Source: Candidatus Kapaibacterium sp. (GTDB lineage Bacteria; Bacteroidota; Ignavibacteria; Kapaibacteriales; UBA2268). Taken from it: a DNA stretch of 64,000 nucleotides. The stretch covers positions 608,001-672,000 of the forward strand of contig OY761611.1 in NCBI GenBank assembly GCA_963664875.1, written 5' to 3'. The notes beneath the pieces were generated by a model. The model did no database searches. It was not told where the DNA came from and was given only the letters and a program-made list of their open reading frames with translations. The position numbers and the translations under genes are program-made. Positions 31,769 to 42,239 of the stretch are shown piece after piece. Numbering within the stretch: the stretch's first letter is position 1; each line of letters begins with the position of its first letter.

Positions 31769-33799
31769 TTAGATATCTAAGAACTGTACGTATTGTGCAT
31801 TTTCTTCTATAAACGCTCTACGAGGCTCTACCTTATCCCCCATCAAGGTTTGGAAAACACGGGTAGCTTCTGCTGCATCATCGATAGTTACCTGAAGCAA
31901 AGTACGGGTAGCAGGGTTCATGGTCGTTTCCCAAAGCTGATCCGGGTTCATCTCACCAAGACCTTTAAATCGAGAAATATGAATACCACCTCTTTTTGCT
32001 TGATCCACAATAGAATCATCTATTTCTTCATCTTCAGGATTTTTCTCTACTACTGCAACTTTTGGATCTTCTTTTTTAATTCTGGCGATTATTTGATCAC
32101 GTTCCGAATCGTTATATGCATAGTATTCCTGTTTTCCTTTTTTCAATTTGTACAAAGGAGGTTGAGCGATATATAAACGTCCTGTAAGTATCAACTCTTT
32201 CATGTAATTGAAGAATAGAGTCAGTAAAAGAGTTCTAATATGTGCACCATCGACATCGGCATCCGCCATCAATATGATTTTACCATATCTTGATTTTTCA
32301 GCATCCATTTCAGATCCGAATCCGGCACCGACAGCAGTAATTATAGTTTTAATCTCTTCGTTGTCTAAAATTTTGTGAGGACTGGCTTTTTGCACGTTTA
32401 GCACTTTACCTCTGAGTGGCAGTATTGCCTGAAATCTTCTGTCTCTACCTTGTTTTGCAGAACCACCCGCAGAATCACCTTCGACCAAATATAATTCGCA
32501 ATCTTCAGGAGTTTTCATGGAGCAATCAGCAAGTTTGCCGGGCAAAGAACCTGATTCTAAAACATTCTTGCGTCGAACCATCTCTCTTGATTTTTTAGCT
32601 GCAATACGTGCTTCAGCTGCAGTAACTGCTTTTTCGATTATTTTCTTAGCAACAGCAGGGCTTGAATCCAAATATTCTTTGAGTCGAATATTGACTATAC
32701 CACGAACAATACTTTCTACTTCACTATTACCAAGCTTTGTTTTAGTCTGACCTTCAAACTGAGGTTCAGCAACTTTTACAGAAATGATTGCGGTAAGCCC
32801 TTCTTTAAAGTCATCGCCTGTAAGCTGAAGTTTTGCTTGTTTTTTACCGTTTAGATTGTCATTGACATACTGATTTAATGTACGAGTAAGGGCAGCTCTA
32901 AAACCGGATACGTGTGTACCGCCTTCGATAGTATTGATGTTATTTACATAAGAAAGTAAATTCTCACTATAACCATTATTGTACTGGAAACAAACTTCAA
33001 CCTGAGTTTCAGTTTCAGAAACACCAATATCGCTACCTTCAAAATATATAGGAGGAACTATAATTGTAGCACCTTCATCTATATATTTGACGAAATCTTT
33101 CAATCCGCCTTTATAGAAATACTCTTCGAAGCGATTTTCTCTTTCATCAGCAAGTGTAATTTTGACAGACGGATTTAGAAATGCAAGCTCTCTCAATCTT
33201 TCTGATGTTTTCTTAAATTTGAAAAGAGTAGTTGTGAAAATAGAATCGTCCGGGTAGAATCTTGTAGTTGTTCCGGTTTCTTTAGTCTGGCCGATTTCTT
33301 CTACAGGAGCTTGAGGAACACCTTTATGATAAATTTGTCTAAATATCTTACCGTCTCTTTTTACGGTAACTTCTGCAGTACTTGACAGTGCATTTACGCA
33401 CGAAACACCAACCCCGTGCAAACCGCCGGAAACTTTATATGTGTTTTTGTCAAACTTGCCACCTGCATGAAGAGTACACATTACTACTTCGAGTGTAGAT
33501 ATTTTTTTGACAGGGTGCGGCCCGGTAGGAATACCACGCCCGTTATCAGAAACAGAGCAGGAACCATCATTGTGCAAGGTAACTATGATATTATTACAGA
33601 AACCTGCAAGAGCTTCATCTATAGAGTTATCGACTACTTCTTGGATCAAATGGTGTAAACCTCTTTCGCTTACATCACCAATATACATCGCGGGGCGTTT
33701 ACGGACAGCTTCCAATCCCTCAAGAACCTTAATGCTCGATTCGCTGTAACTTACAGTAGATTTGGACTGGACTTCTTTTCCATTTTCAAGAGAATTCAT
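31769..33799 (-). CDS. gyrB: DNA gyrase subunit B
   Basis: EAVRKRPAMYIG, EVVDNSIDE, LHAGGKF, GGLHGVG, VEGDSAGG, DADVDG, KGLGEMNP. Confidence 0.96.
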   Translation of the reverse strand: MNSLENGKEVQSKSTVSYSESSIKVLEGLEAVRKRPAMYIGDVSERGLHHLIQEVVDNSIDEALAGFCNNIIVTLHNDGSCSVSDNGRGIPTGPHPVKKISTLEVVMCTLHAGGKFDKNTYKVSGGLHGVGVSCVNALSSTAEVTVKRDGKIFRQIYHKGVPQAPVEEIGQTKETGTTTRFYPDDSIFTTTLFKFKKTSERLRELAFLNPSVKITLADERENRFEEYFYKGGLKDFVKYIDEGATIIVPPIYFEGSDIGVSETETQVEVCFQYNNGYSENLLSYVNNINTIEGGTHVSGFRAALTRTLNQYVNDNLNGKKQAKLQLTGDDFKEGLTAIISVKVAEPQFEGQTKTKLGNSEVESIVRGIVNIRLKEYLDSSPAVAKKIIEKAVTAAEARIAAKKSREMVRRKNVLESGSLPGKLADCSMKTPEDCELYLVEGDSAGGSAKQGRDRRFQAILPLRGKVLNVQKASPHKILDNEEIKTIITAVGAGFGSEMDAEKSRYGKIILMADADVDGAHIRTLLLTLFFNYMKELILTGRLYIAQPPLYKLKKGKQEYYAYNDSERDQIIARIKKEDPKVAVVEKNPEDEEIDDSIVDQAKRGGIHISRFKGLGEMNPDQLWETTMNPATRTLLQVTIDDAAEATRVFQTLMGDKVEPRRAFIEENAQYVQFLDI

Positions 33800-33863
33800 A
33801 ATAGAGACCGTATCTTTATAGTCAAAATATTACTTTGTATAACTTACAAAAATACACAATTTT

Positions 33864-34166
33864 TCAACGAATTACAATCTTTTCGACCTCATCAGACTGC
33901 AATTCTTCATTGATTTTGATAATTAACTGTTCTGCTCTAAGATTGAGCTCGGTTCTCCATGTACTCGATTTTGTTCTTATCGAGAGTACTCCCTCTTTAA
34001 AAGAATCTATTTCAGTTTCTGATGCAATTTTTTCCCCAACAATCTTTTCCCACCTGTTTTTTAATTCAGCTTGTATCCACTGGTCATCCCAGCCCTTTCT
34101 CTTTGCCAATTGCTGAATTATATCTTTTAAGCTGTTTGGTTGAAATTTACTACTTAAATCTATCAT
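33864..34166 (-). CDS. dciA: DUF721 / DciA family helicase-loading factor
   Basis: W..IVG..IA, S.W..EL motif; located between recF and gyrB. Confidence 0.8.
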   Translation of the reverse strand: MIDLSSKFQPNSLKDIIQQLAKRKGWDDQWIQAELKNRWEKIVGEKIASETEIDSFKEGVLSIRTKSSTWRTELNLRAEQLIIKINEELQSDEVEKIVIR

Positions 34167-35299
34167 CTTTCTACCTCTTTTATCGTACCGGAATCAACAT
34201 GAAAGTAGAAACAATTGTCAGAAGGTTTCACATATTTGTTTATGTAGTCTGCATTAGTTACCGTTATAAAGGTCTGTGCCTTATTTGTACGTATATAGTC
34301 TAACACCTTTTCTGACCTTTCTGAGTCCAATTCTGAAAAAATATCATCTAATAGCACAATAGGTGTTTCTTTCTTTACTTCTTTCAAGAAAAAGAACTCT
34401 GCAAATTTTAAACTAATCAATAAAGATTTATGTTGCCCCTGAGAAGCATACTGCTTAGATAAACCGTCATTGATAAATATTTTCAGTTCGTCTTTTTGCG
34501 GTCCGAACGAACTTGTACCTCTGCGTAATTCTTCATCTATATTATCCAAAAATATTTCGTTATACTTTTGAATAATACTGTCCTTTTCCAGTTGGGTATC
34601 AGATAATCCGTAAGGTGAATATTTTAGCTCAACCGACTCTTTACCTGCACTGATTTCTTTATAAACATTACTAAAATAAACTTCAAATTCTTTGATAAAA
34701 TTGTCTCTTGCAATCACTATTTCAGCACTCGATGATATAAACATATCAGTCAGTATCTGCAGCAAATTCATATCAATTTTAATGTTCTGCTTTCTGTCAG
34801 CGAGGATTTTGTTTCTTTGTTTAAGGTATTTTTTGTTTTTTAGCACTGAGTCTATGTATTTTTTTGAGGATTGGGAGAGAATCGTATTTAAAAATTGCCT
34901 CCTATCTTCTGGAGCTCCAAAAGTTAGAGTCTTGTAGTCAGGTGACAAAATAACAACCGGCATCTCTCCTATTATATTTTTTGGTAATTGATTATCACCG
35001 TAGCTGTTGGAAAATACTTTTTTTTGACCTTTTTGATATTGTACCTTTACAAAATACTCTATCCCCAAAGAATTTTCAGCTTCGCAACGAACAAAAAGAA
35101 AATCTTTAAATTTATTGATAAGAGCAGCATCAGGAACAGCAAGAAAACTTTTTGAAAGACTGCACAATGAAATAGCTTCCAGCAAAGAAGTTTTGCCAAC
35201 GCCATTTAGCCCGTAGATTATATTTAATCCCGGGCTAAAATGTGCTGAAGTTTCTGTATGATTACGTACGTTAGATAATTTCAAAGATTTGATATACAT
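34163..35299 (-). CDS. recF: DNA replication and repair protein RecF
   Basis: G.NG.GKT.LLEAI, RR.FL, QRN, SQGQ, LLDD.FSELD. Confidence 0.94.
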   Translation of the reverse strand: MYIKSLKLSNVRNHTETSAHFSPGLNIIYGLNGVGKTSLLEAISLCSLSKSFLAVPDAALINKFKDFLFVRCEAENSLGIEYFVKVQYQKGQKKVFSNSYGDNQLPKNIIGEMPVVILSPDYKTLTFGAPEDRRQFLNTILSQSSKKYIDSVLKNKKYLKQRNKILADRKQNIKIDMNLLQILTDMFISSSAEIVIARDNFIKEFEVYFSNVYKEISAGKESVELKYSPYGLSDTQLEKDSIIQKYNEIFLDNIDEELRRGTSSFGPQKDELKIFINDGLSKQYASQGQHKSLLISLKFAEFFFLKEVKKETPIVLLDDIFSELDSERSEKVLDYIRTNKAQTFITVTNADYINKYVKPSDNCFYFHVDSGTIKEVER

Positions 35300-35300
35300 C

Positions 35301-36482
35301 TTAAGATATTCTAACCGGCATAATCAACATCAATAATTTATCTTCATCAGGAGTTGGTTTAACTAATGCTGGCTTAGTAGGCTCAGAAAATGTAAGTAAT
35401 ACTTGATTGTTATTACTGTCAATATTTTCAGTATGATTAAGAGCATCTTCCAAATACTTATAGTTAAAGCCGAACTCTAATGCTTCACCTTGGAAATCGC
35501 AGGCAATAGTTTCAGAAGCATTATTTCCGCTGTCTTCATCTTCACCCATAATTTCAATAGTACTTTCAGTTAGTTTTAGTCTAATCTGTTTCGAATGAGT
35601 ATTTGTAAAAATAGATACCCTTCTTATTGCAGACAATAATTCTTTTTTATCGACAATTGCCATCAGATTATTGTTTTGCGGAATAACGGATTCATAAGGA
35701 GGAAATTTTTCTTCAATAATACGAGTGATCATTACAGAGTTTCCTATCTCAAATCTTACGTGAGTGATTTTTTCATTAGATTCAATCAAAGAAAAAACTG
35801 CATCATCATCTATTTTTTTGAGCATTTCTACCGATTTGGCAGGAATAATTACTTCGAAATCTGCAGAGAAAGTAGTATTAACCGGATTGACAACCGCTTT
35901 TACTAAACGATAGCTATCAGTAGCAACAGCATTGATTGCATCTTCTTTGAACTGAAACAACACACCTGTCATTGCAGGACGAAATTCGTCAGACGAAACA
36001 GCAAATACTGTTTTATTCGCCATAGATTGCAAATCAGAGCGGGCAATAGTTGCGTAACTTGAACTTTCGCTAACTTCTCCTTCTTCAGGATTTAAATTGT
36101 TTTCTTGTTTGAAAAGTTCAGGTAAATCCAAATATTCTGTATGGCTTAAACCTTTCATTTCGTAATAGCCTTTAGCTGTTTTGAGATTAATCTCAAAGTT
36201 TTCCGGGTCAGAGACAAACTCGATTTCGCCTTCTGTGCCTAAAGCTTTAACAATCTCGTTAAACTTTCTGGCGGGAACAAGGATATCTCCATCTTCGAAA
36301 CCAATCACATCTATTTTTGTCAGGATAGTAATATCCTGATCAGTTGCTATCATCTTTAAAACATTATCTTTCAAAGAAAAATGTAAATGTTCCAAAACCG
36401 GTAAAGTTGATTTGGGAGGTATAGCAGGAAGAGTCTTTTGCAAACCTTTCTGCAACTCGGCAAGTGCTACTGAAAATTTCAT
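35301..36482 (-). CDS. dnaN: DNA polymerase III beta clamp
   Basis: ATD, RP.MTGV, ATDSYRL, FP.Y..VIP, FN.KYL, LIMPVR; alternative ATG at 36494. Confidence 0.95.
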   Translation of the reverse strand: MKFSVALAELQKGLQKTLPAIPPKSTLPVLEHLHFSLKDNVLKMIATDQDITILTKIDVIGFEDGDILVPARKFNEIVKALGTEGEIEFVSDPENFEINLKTAKGYYEMKGLSHTEYLDLPELFKQENNLNPEEGEVSESSSYATIARSDLQSMANKTVFAVSSDEFRPAMTGVLFQFKEDAINAVATDSYRLVKAVVNPVNTTFSADFEVIIPAKSVEMLKKIDDDAVFSLIESNEKITHVRFEIGNSVMITRIIEEKFPPYESVIPQNNNLMAIVDKKELLSAIRRVSIFTNTHSKQIRLKLTESTIEIMGEDEDSGNNASETIACDFQGEALEFGFNYKYLEDALNHTENIDSNNNQVLLTFSEPTKPALVKPTPDEDKLLMLIMPVRIS

Positions 36483-36596
36483 ATTTTTATCCATCTATGA
36501 TTGATTATACCAAACAATTTCGTAATTTACTCTTTACGCTTAACGCAATTTACAAAATATCAAGAACTATTTGAATTAATATTCATAAGTAGAACT

Positions 36597-37262
36597 ATGT
36601 TAACAAGATACGGATTAGATAACGCAATTCCAATGCTTTTTGTTGGAGTCGCAATAGCATTTTCTTCTATTTATTTTGTTGATGGCATGCTTTCCATACT
36701 CCTAAGCCTGCCCGGATTTGCTCTGACAGCCTTTACTCTCTGGTTTTTCAGAGATCCGAAAAGGAATATACCTCCCGAAGTGCTGGAAGACCAATCTATG
36801 GTTATTTCACCGGCTGATGGTAAAGTAGTACAAATAATAGATGTTGAAGATAAGTATTATTTAAATAAAAAAGCTAAACAAATTAGTATCTTTTTATCTC
36901 CTTTGGACGTACATGTAAATAGGTCTCCCGTTTCCGGAGAAATAGAATATTATGACTACTTCCCGGGAAAATATTTAGTAGCTTATGCTCCGAAGGCGTC
37001 AGAAGAAAACGAACATTCAAAAATCGGTGTAAACACACCTTATGGAAAGGTTCTTTTCAAACAAATAGTCGGCATTCTTGCCAGAAGAATTGTGGCTGAT
37101 GTTAAAGTAGGCGAACAAATCAAGGCAGGTGACCAATTTGGCATGATGAAATTTGGTTCCCGTATGGATATAATTGTCGATTATGATACCAAGTTTTTTG
37201 TAGAAGTGGGACAAAGAGTAATAGGTGGTGAAACTATAATTGCCCAGCTCCCTAAAAAGTGA
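36597..37262 (+). CDS. psd: Phosphatidylserine decarboxylase proenzyme
   Basis: Start reassigned to ATG 36597; FFRDP.R, SPADG, DVHVNRSP, FGSRMD self-cleavage motif. Confidence 0.92.
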   Translation: MLTRYGLDNAIPMLFVGVAIAFSSIYFVDGMLSILLSLPGFALTAFTLWFFRDPKRNIPPEVLEDQSMVISPADGKVVQIIDVEDKYYLNKKAKQISIFLSPLDVHVNRSPVSGEIEYYDYFPGKYLVAYAPKASEENEHSKIGVNTPYGKVLFKQIVGILARRIVADVKVGEQIKAGDQFGMMKFGSRMDIIVDYDTKFFVEVGQRVIGGETIIAQLPKK

Positions 37263-37330
37263 TTTTTGTTTTAATGGATACGAATGATTAAATTCCCAAT
37301 ATCAAGAACACAACACAAAAAGAATTATAC

Positions 37331-38116
37331 ATGAAATTAAGAATTACCAGATCAATAGTACCTAATTTACTTACACTGGCTAATCTGTTCTCAGGTTTTA
37401 CAGCAATAGTACATATAGCTGATTTACAGTTCGAAAAAGCTGCGATATTTATTCTAATGGCAGCAATTTTCGACATGTTAGACGGTGCAATGGCAAGGCT
37501 GTTTAATTCGGCTAGCGAGTTTGGAGTAGAATTAGATTCTTTATGCGATGCAGTTTCTTTTGGAGTAGCTCCATCCTATATGCTTTATAAAGCACATTTC
37601 GAGCAATATGGTGAGGTTGGTATTTTGCTGGCTGCCATACCCGCACTTGCGGGAGTTGTTCGATTGGCAAGGTTCAATGTCAAATTAAACAGCTACGAAG
37701 ATAAGAAATATTTTTACGGTCTGCCAATACCATCGGGTGCATTGACCATTATTTCCTATCTTATTTTCTTTTATCTCAGCGACAGAGTGCCAACTGATTG
37801 GAAACAAATATTGACCCCAATAGTATCATTTGGGGTTGCAACAGCTATGGTTACTATGATTAAATATCATAATATCCCTAAACCTACTAAGCGAAACTTC
37901 AAAGAATCACCACTATTGCTTATTGCAATCGGTGTGGCTATTATAGCAGGAATTGTTACTAAGGGTTTGTCCATATTCCCGACAATGGTGATATATGTAC
38001 TCGGGACGGCGCTCGTTAGGACTGTACTTTGGATCAAAGCACAAACTTCACCTGAAGATGAAATTGAAGAATACGCAGATGATACTGAAAGCGATGAAGG
38101 AAATTATAATCTATAA
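37331..38116 (+). CDS. pssA: CDP-diacylglycerol--serine O-phosphatidyltransferase
   Basis: PN.LT, D.LDG.MAR....SEFG.ELDSL.D.VSFGVAP, RLARFN. Confidence 0.92.
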   Translation: MKLRITRSIVPNLLTLANLFSGFTAIVHIADLQFEKAAIFILMAAIFDMLDGAMARLFNSASEFGVELDSLCDAVSFGVAPSYMLYKAHFEQYGEVGILLAAIPALAGVVRLARFNVKLNSYEDKKYFYGLPIPSGALTIISYLIFFYLSDRVPTDWKQILTPIVSFGVATAMVTMIKYHNIPKPTKRNFKESPLLLIAIGVAIIAGIVTKGLSIFPTMVIYVLGTALVRTVLWIKAQTSPEDEIEEYADDTESDEGNYNL

Positions 38117-38210
38117 GACCGAGTCAAAAGTTACAGAGAATTTTCTTATTTTTGCATAGACTATAAAAATACAATAGCATAATCAACATTCAAATATAGC
38201 AGGTATTGAA

Positions 38211-38468
38211 ATGAAAAAATTTGCTGCAAAGGTAAACATAACTCTTAGATCTGGTATCTTAGATGTGCAAGGCAAAACTGTAGAACACGCTTTACATTCT
38301 TTGGATTACAACTCACTTTCCAATATAAGAATTGGTAAATTTGTAGAACTTACAGTTGAAGCAGAAAGTGAAGAAAAAGCATTAGAAACCGTAAATAACG
38401 CTTGCAAGCAACTAATTGCAAATCCAATAATTGAAGATCATTTTGTAACTTTAGAAGAAATTAAATAG
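38211..38468 (+). CDS. purS: FGAM synthase subunit PurS
   Basis: LD.QG, RIGK, L.ANP.IE. Confidence 0.92.
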   Translation: MKKFAAKVNITLRSGILDVQGKTVEHALHSLDYNSLSNIRIGKFVELTVEAESEEKALETVNNACKQLIANPIIEDHFVTLEEIK

Positions 38469-38480
38469 TTGAGGATAAAA

Positions 38481-39173
38481 ATGAAGTTTGGAGTTGTAAT
38501 ATTTCCGGGTTCTAACTGTGATCACGATGCTTATTATGCTTCTAAGAAAAATGCTGAGCAAGAAGCTACTTTCCTTTGGCACAAAGACACAGAAATTCCT
38601 TCTGACATAGATTGCATTATCTTGCCGGGTGGTTTTTCCTATGGCGATTACCTAAGATGCGGAGCTATCTCAAGATTTTCTCCCATAATGAAAGAAGTAG
38701 TTAAGTTTGCCGAAAACGGTGGGTATGTAATGGGTATCTGCAATGGTTTTCAAGTACTTACTGAATCTCATTTACTACCGGGTGCTTTACTAAGAAATGA
38801 GTCCTTGCACTTTATTTGCAAAGATGTCCATCTAAAAGTTATGAATAATTCTACTGCATTTACGTCTGAGTTGCAGCAGGACGAAATCATCAGAATTCCT
38901 ATTGCTCATGGCGAAGGAAATTATTTTGCAGACACTGAAACTATCGAAGAATTGGAATCTAATAACCGTGTTATTTTCAGATATTCTGATAAAAACGGGA
39001 ATGTAACAAAAGAAGCAAATCCTAATGGTTCGATAAATAACATCGCAGGTATTATAAACGAGAAAGGCAATGTGCTTGGTATGATGCCTCACCCTGAAAG
39101 ATACAGCGATAGTCAGTTAGGTTGCAATGATGGTCTTGCTATATTCAAATCCTTAGTAAAACATTTTAAATAA
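38481..39173 (+). CDS. purQ: FGAM synthase glutaminase subunit PurQ
   Basis: ATG 38481; [39 protein letters not shown]. Confidence 0.95.
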   Translation: MKFGVVIFPGSNCDHDAYYASKKNAEQEATFLWHKDTEIPSDIDCIILPGGFSYGDYLRCGAISRFSPIMKEVVKFAENGGYVMGICNGFQVLTESHLLPGALLRNESLHFICKDVHLKVMNNSTAFTSELQQDEIIRIPIAHGEGNYFADTETIEELESNNRVIFRYSDKNGNVTKEANPNGSINNIAGIINEKGNVLGMMPHPERYSDSQLGCNDGLAIFKSLVKHFK

Positions 39174-39192
39174 TTGAATAAGCGAGGTTGAT

Positions 39193-39366
39193 ATGCCTTT
39201 TGGATTAGGCTTACCCGAATTACTTATTATTGTAGCAGTAATTGCTTTACTTTTTGGTGGCAAAAAAATTCCTGAATTGATGCGTGGGCTTGGCTCGGGT
39301 ATTAAAGAGTTCAAAGAAGCTGCCAATGAAGGTAAAGATGATCATAAAAAGATTGATAATAAGTAA
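39193..39366 (+). CDS. tatA: Twin-arginine translocase subunit TatA (57 aa, absent from the ORF track)
   Basis: Read by hand: [57 protein letters not shown]; GAGG SD upstream. Confidence 0.93.
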   Translation: MPFGLGLPELLIIVAVIALLFGGKKIPELMRGLGSGIKEFKEAANEGKDDHKKIDNK

Positions 39367-39380
39367 AAAAGTGTGCTAAT

Positions 39381-39782
39381 ATGTTTGATGTTGGCGGTGG
39401 AGAATTATTACTTATTGTTTTGGCAATTTTAGTATTGTTTGGTCCAAAAAAACTACCTGAAATTGCCAAAACGATGGGAAAAGGTATGCAAAAAATCAAA
39501 GAGGCTCAACAACAGTTTACTGACGAGATAAATAATATCAGTAAAGATGTTAAATCTGCTTCTGATATTGACAACTCTGGTGTTCGTGATCAGAGCTTTG
39601 ATTCGGAGCCTTCTGTTACTTATGTAAAAGAACCAACACAAAACCTCGATGACGACAATTTTGGAATTGAAGACAAAAAAGAAGAACAATTTGATGTAAA
39701 TATCAAGCCTGAAGAAATAATAGAAAAACCTAAAAACTTAGAAAACAATACCCAAACAAATGGAAACACACTCGAAAACTAA
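39381..39782 (+). CDS. tatB: Twin-arginine translocase subunit TatB (TatA/B family)
   Basis: MFDVGGGELLLI.....LFGPKKLPE, long acidic tail. Confidence 0.8.
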   Translation: MFDVGGGELLLIVLAILVLFGPKKLPEIAKTMGKGMQKIKEAQQQFTDEINNISKDVKSASDIDNSGVRDQSFDSEPSVTYVKEPTQNLDDDNFGIEDKKEEQFDVNIKPEEIIEKPKNLENNTQTNGNTLEN

Positions 39783-41082
39783 ATTATTAGAAACCTACAT
39801 CCTACAACCTGAAAACAGAAGTCTAATAATTACTTCCATTTTAGAGGCAATCGAGAATGACAACAATAATGTATTCTCCTATGTCAATCTCGCAATAGAG
39901 CCAAAAACTAATCTAAATCTTTCTCACTTGATTGTATCAATCAAAGACAATATCTCTCTGAAAGATATACCACTTACAGCCGGCACAAACATACTCCAAT
40001 CGATGATAATTCCTTATACTGCCACGGCAATTAAGAAATTGGAAGATGAAGGAATATCAATTATAGGCAAAACAAATCTCGATGAGTTTGCTATTGGTAC
40101 TTTAGGTGATACTTCAGCAAATGGAATTGTATTGAATCCATTAAACTCCGACTATATGGTTGGTGGCTCTTCCTCAGGTGCTGCAGCCTCTGTAGCTTCA
40201 GATTACTGTCATGTAGCCATAGCTTCTGACACTGGTGGCTCAGCCAGAATTCCGGCAGCGATGACGGGAGTATTGGGTTTCAAACCAAGCTATGGCTCGG
40301 TATCTCGTTATGGATTGCTATCATTTTCTCCAAGCTATGACCAAATCTCTTTCATTTCTAAAAATATAGACCATATTAAAGAAACTTATCTTACTTGTAG
40401 AGGAGAAGATATTGAAGATATGACTTCTGCAAATCATGAAGATGTTTCTTTCAGAGGTCATACGATAGGTGTTTTGAAACTAAAGCCCTCAGCCTCAATA
40501 TCACAGGAAGTGATTGATAATTACAATTGTTATATAGATTACCTAATGGAATTAGGTTTCATGATAAGCGAAATGGATATTCCGAATTATGAAGAAATAA
40601 TAGCAGCATATCAGGTGTTAACATCTGCTGAAGCTGCTTCGAATTTATCTCGATTTACAGGCTTGAACTATGGCACAAATCTTGGAGATTTACAGAAAAA
40701 CAGGTCTTCCTTACTCGGATATATGGTAAAAGACAGAATTATTTTAGGCAATTATGTACTTAATTTTGACGACAGTCAAATGCTATTGAAAGCTGAAACA
40801 ACCAAACATATTTTGAAAGCAAAGTTTGATAAAATTTTTGCAGAGGTAGATGTTTTAATCACTCCTACAACTCCATTACAACCGCTTATGGTCAACGAAA
40901 TATCGGACAACTCACATTTTTTTGATTTATTTACCTGCATTGCAAATTTGATTGGGGCTCCTTCGCTGGTTTTCCCTTATGGCAAATATCATACTTCAAA
41001 TCTACCGATGAGCATCCAAATAATCTCGCCTCGATTCTCTGACCTATGTCTTTTAGATTTCTACAAAGAAATTAAGTATTAG
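39760..41082 (+). CDS. gatA: Amidase-signature protein, GatA-like (divergent)
   Basis: IKDNI, GKTNLDEFA, GGSSSG.AA.VA, SDTGGS.R.PA, AEAASNLSRF. Confidence 0.65.
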   Translation: METHSKTKLLETYILQPENRSLIITSILEAIENDNNNVFSYVNLAIEPKTNLNLSHLIVSIKDNISLKDIPLTAGTNILQSMIIPYTATAIKKLEDEGISIIGKTNLDEFAIGTLGDTSANGIVLNPLNSDYMVGGSSSGAAASVASDYCHVAIASDTGGSARIPAAMTGVLGFKPSYGSVSRYGLLSFSPSYDQISFISKNIDHIKETYLTCRGEDIEDMTSANHEDVSFRGHTIGVLKLKPSASISQEVIDNYNCYIDYLMELGFMISEMDIPNYEEIIAAYQVLTSAEAASNLSRFTGLNYGTNLGDLQKNRSSLLGYMVKDRIILGNYVLNFDDSQMLLKAETTKHILKAKFDKIFAEVDVLITPTTPLQPLMVNEISDNSHFFDLFTCIANLIGAPSLVFPYGKYHTSNLPMSIQIISPRFSDLCLLDFYKEIKY

Positions 41083-42191
41083 TCTATATAAACCCTTTTA
41101 ACTCTTTCAGTTAGAGCAGTAGTAATTTCGTAAGGTATTGTATTTATATTGCTTGCAAGTTCGTATATACTTATCTCCTGAGTTTCAGATTTCCCCATTA
41201 GTATCACCTCATCACCAATTTTTACAGAATCATTACCTTTGCCAAGATTTACCATAATCTCATCCATGCACACAGTGCCGATTATTGGGTATCTTCTGTC
41301 ATTAATAATTACACTGCTTTTATTGGTATGAGCTCTGGAATAGCCATCACCATAACCGGTTGAAATTACTGCAATTTTAGTATCTCTGTCAGCAATATAT
41401 CTGAAAGAATAACCTGTGGTCTCTCCCTCATTCAGATCTCTGACTTCTATTACATGAGATTTTAAAGTCATCACCGGATGCAAATTTACTTTTTCCTGAA
41501 GGAATGATTCGCCTTGATAGCCATAAATGAAAATGCCCGGGCGCACCATACTGTGATGAGATTCAGGTAGTTGCAAAATACCGGCACTGTTAGCTATATG
41601 TTTGAAATTGAATTTATATCCTGATATTTCAAGTAGTTCCGCAGTTTTATTAAAAGTATCCAATTGCTTTTGACTATAAGTTAAATCCGTAGAATCTGCA
41701 CTACAAAAATGAGATTGGAGCCCTTCAATATTTATTCCTTTGAGATTGGATATTTTATCCATAAACTCAACAGCAGTTTTTGGATCAATCCCATCTCGAT
41801 TCATACCGGTATTTAGAAATACATGGACAGTTACAGTTTTATTCTGCAATAAAGCTTTTTCTGATAGCTTTTCGCAAAACTCAACCCGGCTAACCGAGCA
41901 TTGCAAATCATAATCTAAAATTGTATCGATATCAGATTCGAGAGGTGGCACAATAATATGAATTTTGCTATCGCAACCTGAAAGTCTAATCTTTTTGCCT
42001 TCTTCCGCCCAAGCAACGCCTAATACATTTATTCCTAATTCGTTTAGTTTTTTAGATATAGGGATAATTCCATGCCCGTAAGCATTAGATTTTATTATAG
42101 GTAGTATTTCAGAATTGCCTACAAGTTTTCTAATAGTCTCAATATTCTGTTGAAAACTATTTAGGTTAATTTCGCAAAAAGTGCCGTTCAT
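41079..42191 (-). CDS. alr: Alanine racemase
   Basis: IKSNAYGHG PLP Lys, TGMNR.G, ANSA, VRPGI, GYGDG, VCMD, TIPYE. Confidence 0.93.
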   Translation of the reverse strand: MNGTFCEINLNSFQQNIETIRKLVGNSEILPIIKSNAYGHGIIPISKKLNELGINVLGVAWAEEGKKIRLSGCDSKIHIIVPPLESDIDTILDYDLQCSVSRVEFCEKLSEKALLQNKTVTVHVFLNTGMNRDGIDPKTAVEFMDKISNLKGINIEGLQSHFCSADSTDLTYSQKQLDTFNKTAELLEISGYKFNFKHIANSAGILQLPESHHSMVRPGIFIYGYQGESFLQEKVNLHPVMTLKSHVIEVRDLNEGETTGYSFRYIADRDTKIAVISTGYGDGYSRAHTNKSSVIINDRRYPIIGTVCMDEIMVNLGKGNDSVKIGDEVILMGKSETQEISIYELASNINTIPYEITTALTERVKRVYID

Positions 42192-42239
42192 AGCTAATTT
42201 TCTTCCAGTTTATGCCGATAATAGAAATATTGAAGTGGG

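Noticed and set aside
1450-31770. Short similarity at the proposed inversion breakpoints (catatagaatat versus catatttagaatat)
   Set aside because: Too short and AT-rich to distinguish from chance.
36483-36596. oriC upstream of dnaN
   Set aside because: Too short and no DnaA-box cluster seen.
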